From the NCBI GenBank assembly GCA_951406725.2, contig OX597818.1, positions 806,001 through 870,000 on the forward strand: a DNA stretch of 64,000 nucleotides, read 5' to 3'. Positions 37,941 through 49,687 of this stretch are shown here, piece by piece. Source of the DNA: Octopus vulgaris. Its lineage: Eukaryota. The position numbers were made by a program, and so were the translations under genes. Position 1 is the first letter of the stretch. Each line of letters opens with the position of its first letter. The notes under the pieces were generated by a model. That model saw nothing but the letters and a program-made list of their open reading frames with translations. It was not told the DNA's origin and made no database searches.

Positions 37941-38479
37941 GCCTACAATTCCAGTCTGTTATATATTTTGAGTATTGTTATCACTAGCGATATCAAGATA
38001 TAACTTTGTATTTTGTATTTTATGTGTAGATGTATATATATAGATGTACATGTAATATGTACACATATATATATACACATATAGTGCACTAGCACTATGG
38101 CCCAGCAACGATGGGTCATAATGCTAGTATATATATATATAGATACATATTTTGAATATTGCTTTCCCATCCATTTCTCGCTCTCCCTCTCTCATATATA
38201 TTTCGTTTTTGTATTTGGTTTGCAAGATTCTTTATTGTTTCTGGGGTGAGTCATTCTGCTTTAATGCTTTATTAATTGACACACTCACCGGTTCGATTTC
38301 CAATCATTTACTTATTAATTTTTTCTAAAATTTTCGTTGCTTCTTGCAACCTCTTCAATAATCATTGACTCTATCCATTATCGGAGCTGTGTTCTTTTTG
38401 TTTGTTTGTGTGCATGTATGTATGTATATACACATATGTATGTCTGTATATATGTATATATGTATGTTTGCATGTGGTG

Positions 38480-38806
38480 TGCAAGAGAGATGACTGTGTT
38501 GGAGATTTGGGCTTCATGGAGGTAGTGACAATTGATCGAGACCTGTGGCAATATATTGTGCTTGAGAAGACCTGCCAAGACAAGTGAGATTGTAGTCATG
38601 GTTAATGCCAGCACTGTATAACTGGCACCCGTGCTGGTGGCATGTAAAAAGCATCCACTACACTCTTGGAGTGTTTGGCATTAGGAAGTCACCAAGCTGT
38701 AGAAACCATGACAAATCAGATTGGAACCTGGTGCAGCTCCCCAGCTTACCAGTTTTCAGTCAAGCTGTTCAACTCATCCCAGCATGGAAGACGGATGTTA
38801 AATGAA

Positions 38807-38849
<43 letters not shown>

Positions 38850-38850
38850 T
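38480..38850 (+). mobile_element. Old RTE 3' fragment
   Basis: LGFMEVVTIDRDLWQYIVLEKT, catgtaaaaagcatcc, ggatgttaaat(gat)n. Confidence 0.85.
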
Positions 38851-39646
38851 ATGTATGTATGTATATGTGTGTGTGTCTGTGTATGTATAGCATATGCACA
38901 AAATATTTTCATAAACTGACGTAATGTAGTAGGTACGTACTATGAGTGCTCAGTTTGGCTTGCTACTAGAACTGTCTTGAACCGCAATTGAAAAATTTGG
39001 TGCTAAAATTGTCTATCAAAGGTGGCTAGAAGTGATTCATCAATGTGCAAGTAGATATTCATTAAAACTGATAATGAACAAGCAAAATATTTGGCATCAT
39101 TCTAGAACATTTAATTTATAATATAAACATAGTACAGAATAGTTATAATAATGTAAAGTCTCATACTGCTGTTTCTAGAATAGCTAAGCAGGTGGATCAT
39201 ATGTTATTAAGTAAAGAATGCCATGTAAAATAAGTATTCCATCATCAGAAAGAGAGAAATAAGAAAATATAGAAATGTAGAATATTCTCAATTGAGGATA
39301 TTAGTAGTTACCAGCTTTTTGAGACACCCAGGGATTGTCTAGGGTGAAAAATAGATGTGTTTGGTATATTCCCATAATCGAGGAGTTAATTAAACCCAAG
39401 GTTTGTATATAAGTATTCAGTCCTAAACAGACTCCAAAACTCCATCAAAGTTTATATTGGAACTACTGTTAATTCTACACAGCCCATTTAAATTTGTTTA
39501 AACACAAAAAACATTGTAAATCTACTTCTCTGACAGAACACAGACTATCATGGGAAAAAGAACACATCACTAGCAGAAACCCAATTACTTTGATTTTATG
39601 CACATGTGTAAGTATATGTGTGTAAGTGTATGTGTACAAGTGTGTA

Positions 39647-40520
39647 CTAGGTGGTATCAAAAGATTCCTGGACTAGCTTTGTTTAATAAAAAATAACTTA
39701 TGTAAGTTTTAACACCATCTACTTTGAAAAAGTCACCTTATGTAGCTATTCACTGATCCCAGTGTTCCTGCCCCTTTTCGAATCCTGCCTGGAAGTTGTT
39801 TTCCATAAGCAAGTCGAGGACCTTCTATGATTTGCTCTGGATCTCAACAACAGTGTTAAAACGGTGATCTTTGAACTGCCTTTGCATCTTGGGGAAGAGA
39901 TGGAAGTCTGCAGGTGCTAGATCTGGTGAATAGAGCAGGTGTGGAAGCAATACACTGTTGTTTTTTGGTGAGAACTCATGAGTGAGGAGAGCTTGGTGAA
40001 AAATCTTATTCTTCATGCTCCACAGATCTAGCTGCTTTCGATGAATGTCCTCCCTCATATGCTTCAACTGATGGTCTGGCCCCGGGGGATGAATTCTCAC
40101 TGCACAATACCACATTTCTGGGAGTGACACTCATGGCAGGTCTTCCAGATTGTTCATCGTCAATCAGGGATGTTCTTCTACTTTTGAAGCACCTGTGCCA
40201 CTTGAAACATTGTGTACAACCCTTTGCCTTGTTGCCATAAGCTTGCCAAAGCATGCTCAATGTCTCTGTAGCAGACTTCCCAAGTTTAACGCAAAATTTC
40301 TCATTGATTCTTTGTTCCTGTCCATGACAAAATCACAAATTACAGCATACATATAATCACAAAAACACAAATTTCACAACTTACGAAGTAAACACAACAA
40401 TACCACTTGGCACACTACCTCAGAAAGGTCACTTCTAGCTCTCATTGTGCACACAACCATGAGCTACCATCTGTTGGCATGCTAAAGAATTAGTTTGGGA
40501 ACTTTTTTGATACCACTTCG
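39647..40520 (-). mobile_element. Internally deleted mariner element
   Basis: TIRs ctaggtggtatcaaaa / ttttgataccacttcg with TA on both sides. FKW..FK, DDEQSGRP, YSPDLAPADFHLFPK. Confidence 0.92.
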
Positions 40521-40654
40521 TATATGTGTATGCAAATGTGTGCATGCATACATATGTATAAATGCAGGCATGCATATGTGTGCCTGTATATTCATATCCA
40601 TGTACTCATGCCTGCATATGCATCCTGTGAATGCATGGCTGTGTATGTATGCCA

Positions 40655-41860
40655 TGAGGGTCAGCTGAAAATTTATAGACTGACAAACATACTCTCATGG
40701 AATGGGACCAATTGAGGTTTATTTTTCAACATAGTTCTCCTTGTTGTCCACACATTTCTTCGATCAGTGTTGTAGTGCTTGGATCCTATTGGTGAAGAAG
40801 CTTTCATCTTGTTGGTTAAAAAAGACATCAACAGCAGATATGATGTCATCATCACTGTGATACTAGTTACCAGTCAAGCAGGTTTTCATGTTGGACAACA
40901 GATGGTAGTCAGATGGAGCCAAATCAGGAGAATAGTGAGGGTGATTAACCAGTTCAAAGATACTGTCACACACAGCAGCTATTGAAATCAAGGATGTGCA
41001 CTGGATGTGATTTTCTGATGAAACAAGAGCTCTTTCATCAGTTCTCCTGGGTTTGATCTTGATAGACTTTCATAACTGCCTCAGCAAGCTGGCAAAGTAC
41101 TCTCCATTGCTGGTGCTCCTCTTTTCAAGATAGTCAATAAACACAATGCTTTTTGCACTCCAAAACACCGAAACCATCACCTTCCCTGCAGGGGAAACAA
41201 CCTTGGCCTCTTTTGGAGCAGGTGAGGAGGGGTATTTCCACTGCACGGATTGTCTCTTTGTCTCTGGTCCAAAATGATGAAGCCAGCACTCATCCTGGAT
41301 TAGGAAACATTCAAGGAAACCAGCTGGATCTGCCTCAAACAGTATCAAATTTTACCATTATGTGATCAGCTTGGAGTGCTTTTGATCAGGTGTCAGAAGA
41401 TGTGGTAGCCACTGAGCAAAAACCTTCATCACGCCAAGTTTGTGGTGCAGAATATTTTCAACTCTCTCATGGGATAAACTAACAGCATTTGGTATTTGAT
41501 TTATAGTCATTGCCTGTCATCTATCAGTATATGGTGAACATCATCAATGTTTGCTAGGTGGTGGCAACCGTAGGATGTCCAGACATTGGGTCATCTTCAA
41601 GACTCTCCCTTCCCCTCCTAAATTCAGCTGCCCCTTGTTACACTGAGGATAAAAGTGGAGTATTATTCCCTAATGTAGCAACTATATCATCATGAATGTT
41701 CTTCAGGGATAAATTCTTTTTCTGCAGGTACTTGATAACATCACAATGCCAAATTTTATCCATTTTCAAGAGAAGATGCTACAAGGTACATTTGGAGTGT
41801 TCTTTAAACAGTGAGATGTCAGTCTACCTGGAAAGAAACGAGGCAGTTATTAAAAGAAGT
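40655..41860 (-). mobile_element. Mariner relic (same family as 57449-58657)
   Basis: QDECWLHHF.PETKRQS.QW, AGKVMVSVFW, FIDYLEK. One TIR tgagggtcagctgaaaa. Confidence 0.9.
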
Positions 41861-41879
41861 ATGAACTATACTTTATCTC

Positions 41880-42060
41880 ACTCCCTCCATCAAATCAATG
41901 TTGCCTGAACAGGTGCACAGTGTACCACACATCAGGTATTGAAGTAATTATAGGGCAATTTGAGATAAAGTGTTTTGCTCAAGAACACAACGATTCTGGT
42001 CTAGGAATTGAAACCACAATCTCACAATCATGAGTGCAACATCCTAACCATTAAGCCATA
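41880..42060 (-). mobile_element. SINE (third type; related copy at ~55100-55240)
   Basis: Minus strand tggcttaatggttagg...ggtttcaattcc...gtgttcttgagcaaaacacttt. Confidence 0.7.
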
Positions 42061-42099
42061 CGTCCAGGTGGTTCGTTGTGTTTTTAAGCAAAACACTTC

Positions 42100-42709
42100 A
42101 ATAATAATAATAATAATCCTTTCTACTAAATGCACAATGGTGGGAGAGTGTCTAGTCGATTACATTTACCTCCAGTGTTTCACTGGTACTTAATCCATCA
42201 ATCTCAAAAAGATGAAAGGCAAAGTTGATTGCAGCAGAATTTGAACTCAAAATGTAAAGATGAATGGAATACTGTTAAACATTTTGCTTGGCATGCTAAT
42301 CCTTTCTACAATAGGCACAAGGCCTGAAATTTTGGAGGAGCAGGTAACTCAATTACATCAGCTCCAATGTGTAATTGGTACTTATTTCATTGACCTCAAA
42401 AGGATGAAAAGCAAAATTCTCAATGTAAAGATAGAAGAAATGCCACTAAGCATTTTGTCTGGTGTGCTAATGATTCTTCCAGCTCACCAATCCTTTCTAC
42501 TAAAGGCACAAGGCCTGAAATTTTAGGGGGTGAGGCCTAGTCAATTACATCGACCCCAGTGGTTCACTGGTACTTAATTTATTGACCCTGAAAGGATGAA
42601 AGGTGAAGTCGACCATGGCAGAATTTGAAACCAGAACATAAAGATAGACAAGATGCCATTACACATTTTGTCCATCACACTAACAATTCTGCCAGCTCGC
42701 TGCCTTAAT

Positions 42710-42742
<33 letters not shown>

Positions 42743-43010
42743 AATAGTTATAATAATAATAATAATAATAATAATGATAATAATAATAATAATCATAGTA
42801 ATAATAATCCTTTCTATTATAGGCACAAGGCCTAAAATTTTAAAGGAAGGGCTTGTTGATTACATCAACCCCTGTGCTCAACTAGTACTTATTTCATTGA
42901 CCCCAAAAGGATGAAAGGCAAAGTCAACTTTGGTAACATTTGAACTCAGAACATAAAGAACCAAAAGAAATGTCACTAAACATTTTGTTCAACATGCTAA
43001 TGATTATGCC
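42100..43010 (-). mobile_element. Cluster of four co-oriented copies of the 34300-type SINE with (AAT/AAC)n tails
   Basis: aatcctttcta starts at ~42114, 42298, 42489 and 42806. Each copy contains ggatgaaa(g)gcaaa or a close variant. Confidence 0.85.
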
Positions 43011-43137
43011 TAGTCAAAGACAATCATTTCTTCATTTCTTTATTTGCCACAAGAGCTTGAAGAGATACAAAAAAATTTTGTTGTCATTTGGAAGAAGAAA
43101 GTGTTCTCCCTTATCTGTTTTCCTTGTTGTATGTTAA

Positions 43138-43333
43138 CGCTTTAGTATTTAAACTGACCTTATCCAGCCAAAATATTCTACCTGTTTAAGGTTCAAACTG
43201 GCCAGATCCTGCTTCTCACACCTACTCTACAATGTCATTCTGAAATCTCAAAGATACAAGATAACATAGGATAAATTCCAAACAATGGGAATAGATAAGC
43301 ATTACATTTGACAGTAATATGAATGCTAAAGGG
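43138..43333. mobile_element. piggyBac-type MITE
   Basis: TTAA-cgctttagtatt ... aatgctaaaggg-TCAA (decayed TTAA-CCC...GGG-TTAA). Confidence 0.7.
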
Positions 43334-44959
43334 TCAAGTCTTCTGTGATTTTTTTCTTTTTTTCTCTTTCCTACTTTCACCAACCATTTCATAAATTTTC
43401 ATTTGTAATTATTTCTTCCTCATAGCACAATGAAAATGTGTTCATATCCTTTGTTAGTGTTGAGGTATGAAGTGTTTGCTCATTTATTTCTAATGTGGAG
43501 CCTAAAGATATTTTATTTACCATATCTACAATTTTGGCTGGTAGTGCTCTAGAAGCTGTCCTTTTTGCTATTGCTCATCATTATTTTCATTTTCTTTGTT
43601 TGCTTAATTTTTTCCAGTTCTGATCATTCAGTTCTAAGGTGTGTTTTATTCAGACACATGTAACAACAAGGCTTTCTACCCTGTATCATTGGTTTTATAC
43701 CCTTTAGTTTAGTGCATAGTTCTGGAATGGTTCTTTAGGCCTCAGAGATCATTAGAACTTGTATGTCCATTTTGATGTAACTAACTACTAGTCATATTTT
43801 GTAAAGTTTGCTTTGATCACTCTACCATATTGTGGCATAAAAGTCACTACTGGTCAAAGGTTTACATCATACCCAATATCTGTCACTGTGACTATTGTGC
43901 ATCTTAATACTAAGTATTGGGGCATAGATGTATAGTCAGAGATATGTCTAACAATTTCAGCTTGTGTTATGGCTGCATCTTCAGTTTTAAAGGTATCACT
44001 AATAGCACCGCATCTTTTGCTATTCAATTAAGAAAATTTCTGATATTTCCTGGAGGATTTTTTATACTATATAAAGTGAAATTCAACCTACTTCTGTCAT
44101 TTTACAAGCAGAGATATATATTTTTACACTTTACTTTTTCTGGATTATCTCAAGAACTGTTGTTGGGTTTTATAAAATTCTCCCACCCATTTACACAAAT
44201 TCAATATAGAGACAGGAATTATAAAATATTCTGAAATAAAAATATAAATAAACTCCCAGAATAGAAACATACCAAACATCATGGCATCACGGATGTTTTT
44301 TGATTGAGTGGGTGTGGTTGACATCTTGTGACAACCTGGTTCTGTTTGTTTCAATGTCCCACTTAAAAAAAAAAAAAAAAGAGGAAAATTGTTGTCACAA
44401 TTTTCAGTGGAATTACTTCAATATAAACATTTTTAACTGCAAAATAAAATAAGAAACAGTCCCTTGTGTGAGAATATTTATGAATGCAATCCTCACAAAA
44501 TTACAACAATAATTTCTTTTTATCATAATGAATACAAGACTGCTCTGAGAGTGGAGACAATAGTTGATGTAGAAATGAGATAAGATGAATCATAAATGTG
44601 TTCCTGCAATTTGGTCCTCATAGTTCCATCTGGAACTCCTTTCATTTGGTCCTCAAAAATAAAATTATTAGATTAGTCAAAAATTCAGATAATAGACATG
44701 ATGGTAAATATTATTTTCACAAATAGGAAATCCAAAATAAATGTTTATTGTTCCAGCAAAACTTTGGGTTCTCTCAAATGTCTAAAGTTACCATCACAAG
44801 ATTCTATCTAAACTTGTAATAACTTTAACAGAACAACCTCTATGATTCATATGACTATATGGAGCAATAGTTCTTTCACTTACAATTAACACTATGCCAA
44901 TGGTATGTCTGTGTGAAATACCATTAGCTTGTACCAGTTGTATATCAGGGTGAAATACC

Positions 44960-45001
<42 letters not shown>

Positions 45002-45079
45002 ATCCAAACATGAAAACACAACAACGCGAGGATGTGGAACAAGTATAGTATTATTGGACACTCACCATTATATATATAT

Positions 45080-46670
45080 ATACTTTATTTCAAAGCAGCA
45101 GAAAATTCAACAAAACCTGTTACTCTGAGTTTCACGTTCCCATTCGTTGGACAGTTTTTTGCTAGAATAGAACCAATATGCCAATTCTATCAAGACTAGT
45201 ATAAGCGCTACACCTTTAAAAATGGACTTGTTTGATTGGTCCTTTCAAATAACGGTCAATTTCGAGTGATAAACAAAAATGAGCTCAAAAAAAAAATATA
45301 TATATATATAAAATTATAAAAGTCGAGGAAAAAACCTTACATCGAATCTTTGGTTAAAATACATATTGTCATTAATAAAGAAAATATAATTAATACATGG
45401 AAATTGAAATTAAAATATTAAAATGCATTAAAATATTACACAACAGTACATACTCATACTAAACTATACATATATACATCAACATACACAGATAGATGTG
45501 CGCAGACCACATACATATACAGACATATAAATACAAAACTAAAATATACACACAAATGCATGTACGCATATGCATACGCAATCTAGCTTGCATGCAAAAT
45601 CACTGTATCCATATAGACTATAAGCTAAATTCATAGATGGGGAAGGGGTGTTCTTATTTACAACTTAAAGCTAAAGACATAAGTAAGGGAGGGTGAACGT
45701 AAAGTTACAGGGCTCTATACAAGTAACGAATAGGGAGAGAAAAAAAACGAAAGAAAGGAAGAGAGAGAAAAAAAGAAAAAGAGAGAAGGGAAAAAGAAGG
45801 AAAGGAAAGAAGAAAAAATTTTGTATACAAATTATGTGAGCACATATACTGACACATATATAGAGACAAGTATGCAAACATACAAGTCCAAGTGGATACA
45901 TGCATACACATACATTTGTGTATGTATGTGCTTAAGTACAAACATACGCTCACTTACACATATACAAAGACGTATGCTTACAAATACATATTCAAGCCAA
46001 TACACATATTTACATAAAAATGCCTAGGATCTGACAACATTGTTTTTTAAAAAAATGGTGAGTGCATAATAATAAAAATTAAACAAAAGACATGCAAAAT
46101 ATAACACCCTATATTGGATTATCTATAAATTAAATACCAAAGTAAGCCTATACAATATAATAAAATGAAATAAACTAAGTCGAAGGTTTTTCCAAAGGAA
46201 TATGTAGAAATATAAACAAAATATAAGCAAAATATATGCACAAGACTTTGCTATGCGGAATGAAATCTGCATAGCGCGAAACAAATCCATCGGTGTGATT
46301 AAAGACTAGTCCAAGAATCAAAAATTCAAAAAGACGAAATATACGCTATCCATATGGGATATTTATGTTTGACATTTTGAATATGGTTGCGTGCCTGCAT
46401 GAGTTCAAAAGTTCGCTTCTTTGATTCAAAGAATTAATGTCTTGGAATAAAATATAACATTTTTCTAACAAACAAAGATTGCATTTAAAATTTTTCATGT
46501 GTGCCCCATGCCTGTATGGTGCTGCTCTATCCAGAATACTCCATGTCACGTTGAAAGGTGGGGCTTCCTTTTCTTATAGTTCCCAGACATATTTTGCTAG
46601 GCTGGTCTTCTTCCTATTTTCTGGGTATCTAAATGAATTTTTATGCAAATAAAATCACGTTTTAAACGAA
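45080..46670 (-). mobile_element. Penelope-like element: GIY-YIG C-terminal fragment plus ~1.25-kb 3' region
   Basis: FK..FYLHKNSFRY...TSLAKYVWEL...VTWSIL..A.PY...CNLCLLEK.YI...LNQRSELLNSCRH. Hammerhead fold near the 3' end. Confidence 0.88.
45117..45154 (-). ncRNA. Minimal type-I hammerhead-like motif, probably inactivated (core CCAACGA)
   Basis: Minus strand CUGU-CCAACGA-AUG-ggaa-CGU-GAAACUC-a-GAGUA-ACAG. Confidence 0.7.
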
Positions 46671-46683
46671 TTATATATATATA

Positions 46684-47602
46684 TCATCATCATCATCATC
46701 ATCATTTAGCGTCCGCTTTCCATGCTAGCATGGGTTGGACGGTTCAACTGGGGTCTGTGAAGCTGGAAGGCTTCGTCAGGCCCAGCCAGATCTGGCAGTG
46801 TTTCTACGGCTGGATGCCCTTCCTAACGCCAACCACTCCGTGAGTGTAGTGGGTGCTTTTTACGTGCCACCTGCACAGGTGCCAGACAGAGCTGGCAAAC
46901 GGCCATGAACGGATGGTGCTTTTACGTGTCACCAGCACGGGGCCAGGTGATGCTGGCAACGGACACGAACGGATGGTGCTTTTACATGCCACCGACACGG
47001 GGCCAGACAGAGCTGGCAACGGACACGAACGGATGGTGCTTTTACGTGCCACCGACACGGGGCCAGACAGAGCTGGCAAACGGCCACGAACGGATGGTGC
47101 TTTTACGTGTCACTGACATGGTGGCCAGGCGAGGCTGGCAGCGGACACGAACGGATGGTTCACTTAACCACAGCTGCAATTCCCACTGATGTTGATCGAC
47201 CTCAATTTTGGTTCTGCTTTCTGATATATGATTTGATTTGGTTTGATTTTGATTGTTCTCACTGGTCTTGCCGGGTCTTCTCACGCACAGCATACTTCCA
47301 TAGGTCTCGGTCTCTGGTCATTTCCTTGGTGAGACCTAAAGTTCGAAGGTTGTACTTCACCACCTCGACCCAGGTTTTCCTGGGTCTACCTCTTCCACAG
47401 GTCCCCTCAACTGCCAGGGTGTGGCACTTTTTCACACACCTATCTTCATCCATTCTTGCCACATGACCATACCAGCGCAATCGTCTCTCTTGCACACAAC
47501 ATCTGATGCTTCTTAGGTCCAACTTTTCTCTCAAGGTACTTACACTCTGTCGACTATAAACACTGACATTACACATTCAACGAAGCATACTAGCTTCATT
47601 TC
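46684..47602 (-). mobile_element. RTE LINE 3' fragment (same subfamily as 11999-12941)
   Basis: ORF 47259..47576 RRLRWYGHV/GRGRPRKTW, ~59-bp UTR repeats, (GAT)n tail, flanked by (TA)n. Confidence 0.94.
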
Positions 47603-47623
47603 ATATATGTATACACGAATTAT

Positions 47624-47665
<42 letters not shown>

Positions 47666-47865
47666 ATATATACAGGAATCATTCACTTTGCAGAAGTAAG
47701 GCATTCCTGAAAGTCTGACTAATGCAAAATTCCAAAAGGCAAAATTAATTTTCCTATTGATCTCCATATTATCAAGTGATATTGTGTTCCTTTGGACTTT
47801 TCCAAAAAGAGAAAAAAAAAGAAGCACAAGTAAACAACAGAGAACAAGCAACACAATTATCTTTA

Positions 47866-48740
47866 GAAGGGGTTACTTGAAAGAAACTGGAATTTTGCAA
47901 TATTATTCACTTAGTTTTACTTGTTTTCACTTTTATCACCTTCAAAGTGTTCTCCATTTGAAGCAATGCATCAGTCCAGGCATGTTCTCCACTATTTGAA
48001 GCAGTCCTGGAACTCTTGCGAAGTGATGCCTTTTAATACCTCTGCTGTTTTTTCCTCACCTCTTCCACATCTGCAAATTCCGTAGCACCAGCTTTTGTCA
48101 CCAGTGATGACCTTCAAAAAATGGTCCAGATCAACTTCCAACTATTCTTTCAGTTCATGACATGCATTCAGTCCTAACTGCTTTTGATCACCTGTGAGCA
48201 AGTGAGGCAAAATTTTGCTGCAACTCTTTTCATTAGCAATTCCTCGCTCAAAATTCATTGGCAAGAGCTTCAGGACACAACAGTCTTATCAACAAGTTCA
48301 TCTATTGTTCGGTGATAGCCCTCCAAGATCAGTTCATAAATTTTCATGATGTTTTCATTCATTCGGGAGGTTAACAGTTGTCCCGAATGAGGTTGGTCTT
48401 CAAGAGACAAGTGACCATTCCTAAAGCATGGAAACCACGCTTAAACTTGTGTTTTGCTCATGACAGCATCCTTGTAAGCTGTTTGAAACAGAACTGTTTC
48501 GGTTGCTGTTTTCCCCAGTAGAAAACAGAATTTCACAGAAGCCATCACAAAAATTGTTGAACTGGGGAGAAGCACTGCAAAACAAAAACGCACCACATGG
48601 CAGTATGACTTCACTTAATGCTGCCAGTCGGCAGACTGATGCCTGAGGGTTGCATCAAGTGGCTTCTGGCAGTGGTAGCCTGAACTACAATGGGCTTGTT
48701 TCACAGAGAACATTTCTGCTTACTTTTGGGTACCCCCTCA
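47866..48740 (-). mobile_element. Internally deleted mariner element (third family)
   Basis: GHLSLEDQPHSG, VITGDKSWCYG. TIR-like tgagggggtacccaaaag / gaaggggttacttgaaag. Confidence 0.8.
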
Positions 48741-49339
48741 TATACAAGAAAATAATCTCTAAACATACATGCTGCAACATAGATACTTAAAAACACTAAA
48801 ACATTTCAAGAGGAATATGTTAGGGAATTAATAAAAATCCTAACATCATAAGAATACGTTCTTACCACAAAAGATGTGGACAATTGTATTCAGGAGTGGT
48901 GGAATGAGGATTACTAGATAGAAGACAATATTTACTATCTAAAAGTTCATTATCCCAATGCATCATCTCTTCGTACAGCTCAGTATAAGAACTAAGCTCA
49001 TTGTAAACTCCGCTTTTAATTTTTATATTACATTTATGATTAGAATCAATACCAGCAAAATCCTGCCAACCTTTTATCAATAATTTTTGTAATCAATTTA
49101 AGTGGGTCATCTGTATTCTCAGCTTCTTTTTATAACAACATCAGCTCCTTTAAGATAACTTTCTCTTTAGGACACTAGAAATTCAATTACATCATCCTCT
49201 ATGACTTAAGTGTCACAATATCTTTCTGAATTTGATGTAGACTTTCTGCTTGAAGAAAACTTGTAATGTCACAGTCTGGCCATATACTTTCCCAAGCACT
49301 ATTCAAAGTCGAAGGTTACACATCATCCCATGACTCAGT

Positions 49340-49685
49340 TATATTATTCTAGCAAAATGGATGTCCACTGTTAATGGTTCATCCCTCTTATATAATAGTT
49401 TGACTTTAATAGTTTCAGTATTAAAGTGAAAGTATCTGACATTACAATAGAGAGACGTTTTTGTTTCACTTTTAACATGTAATACTGAAATAGTGGAGAA
49501 GATATGATATTGCTGTGGGCTCGCCCTAGGCAAAAAGTTAGAAATTTTTTTACCCATGACACTACATAGACCCTAAGTAAGGCATGTGTAAAATTTGAAT
49601 GAAATTGGTTGCGTAGTTCTCAAGTTTTAGGGATTCACACAGACAGACAGACACACATTCTCAGTTTTTTATATATATATATATA
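49340..49685 (-). mobile_element. Second copy of the DINE-1-like repeat
   Basis: Reverse complement of 36445-36830 (CLGRAHSNIISSPL reading shared). Confidence 0.7.
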
Positions 49686-49687
49686 GA

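Noticed and set aside
43560-44150. Possible very old LINE endonuclease remnant on the minus strand (IYAP-like motif)
   Set aside because: Too decayed to support by eye.
48866-49200. Minus-strand coding-like stretch ending at a GTAAG donor
   Set aside because: In-frame stop at ~49093, no convincing acceptor and no recognisable protein family.
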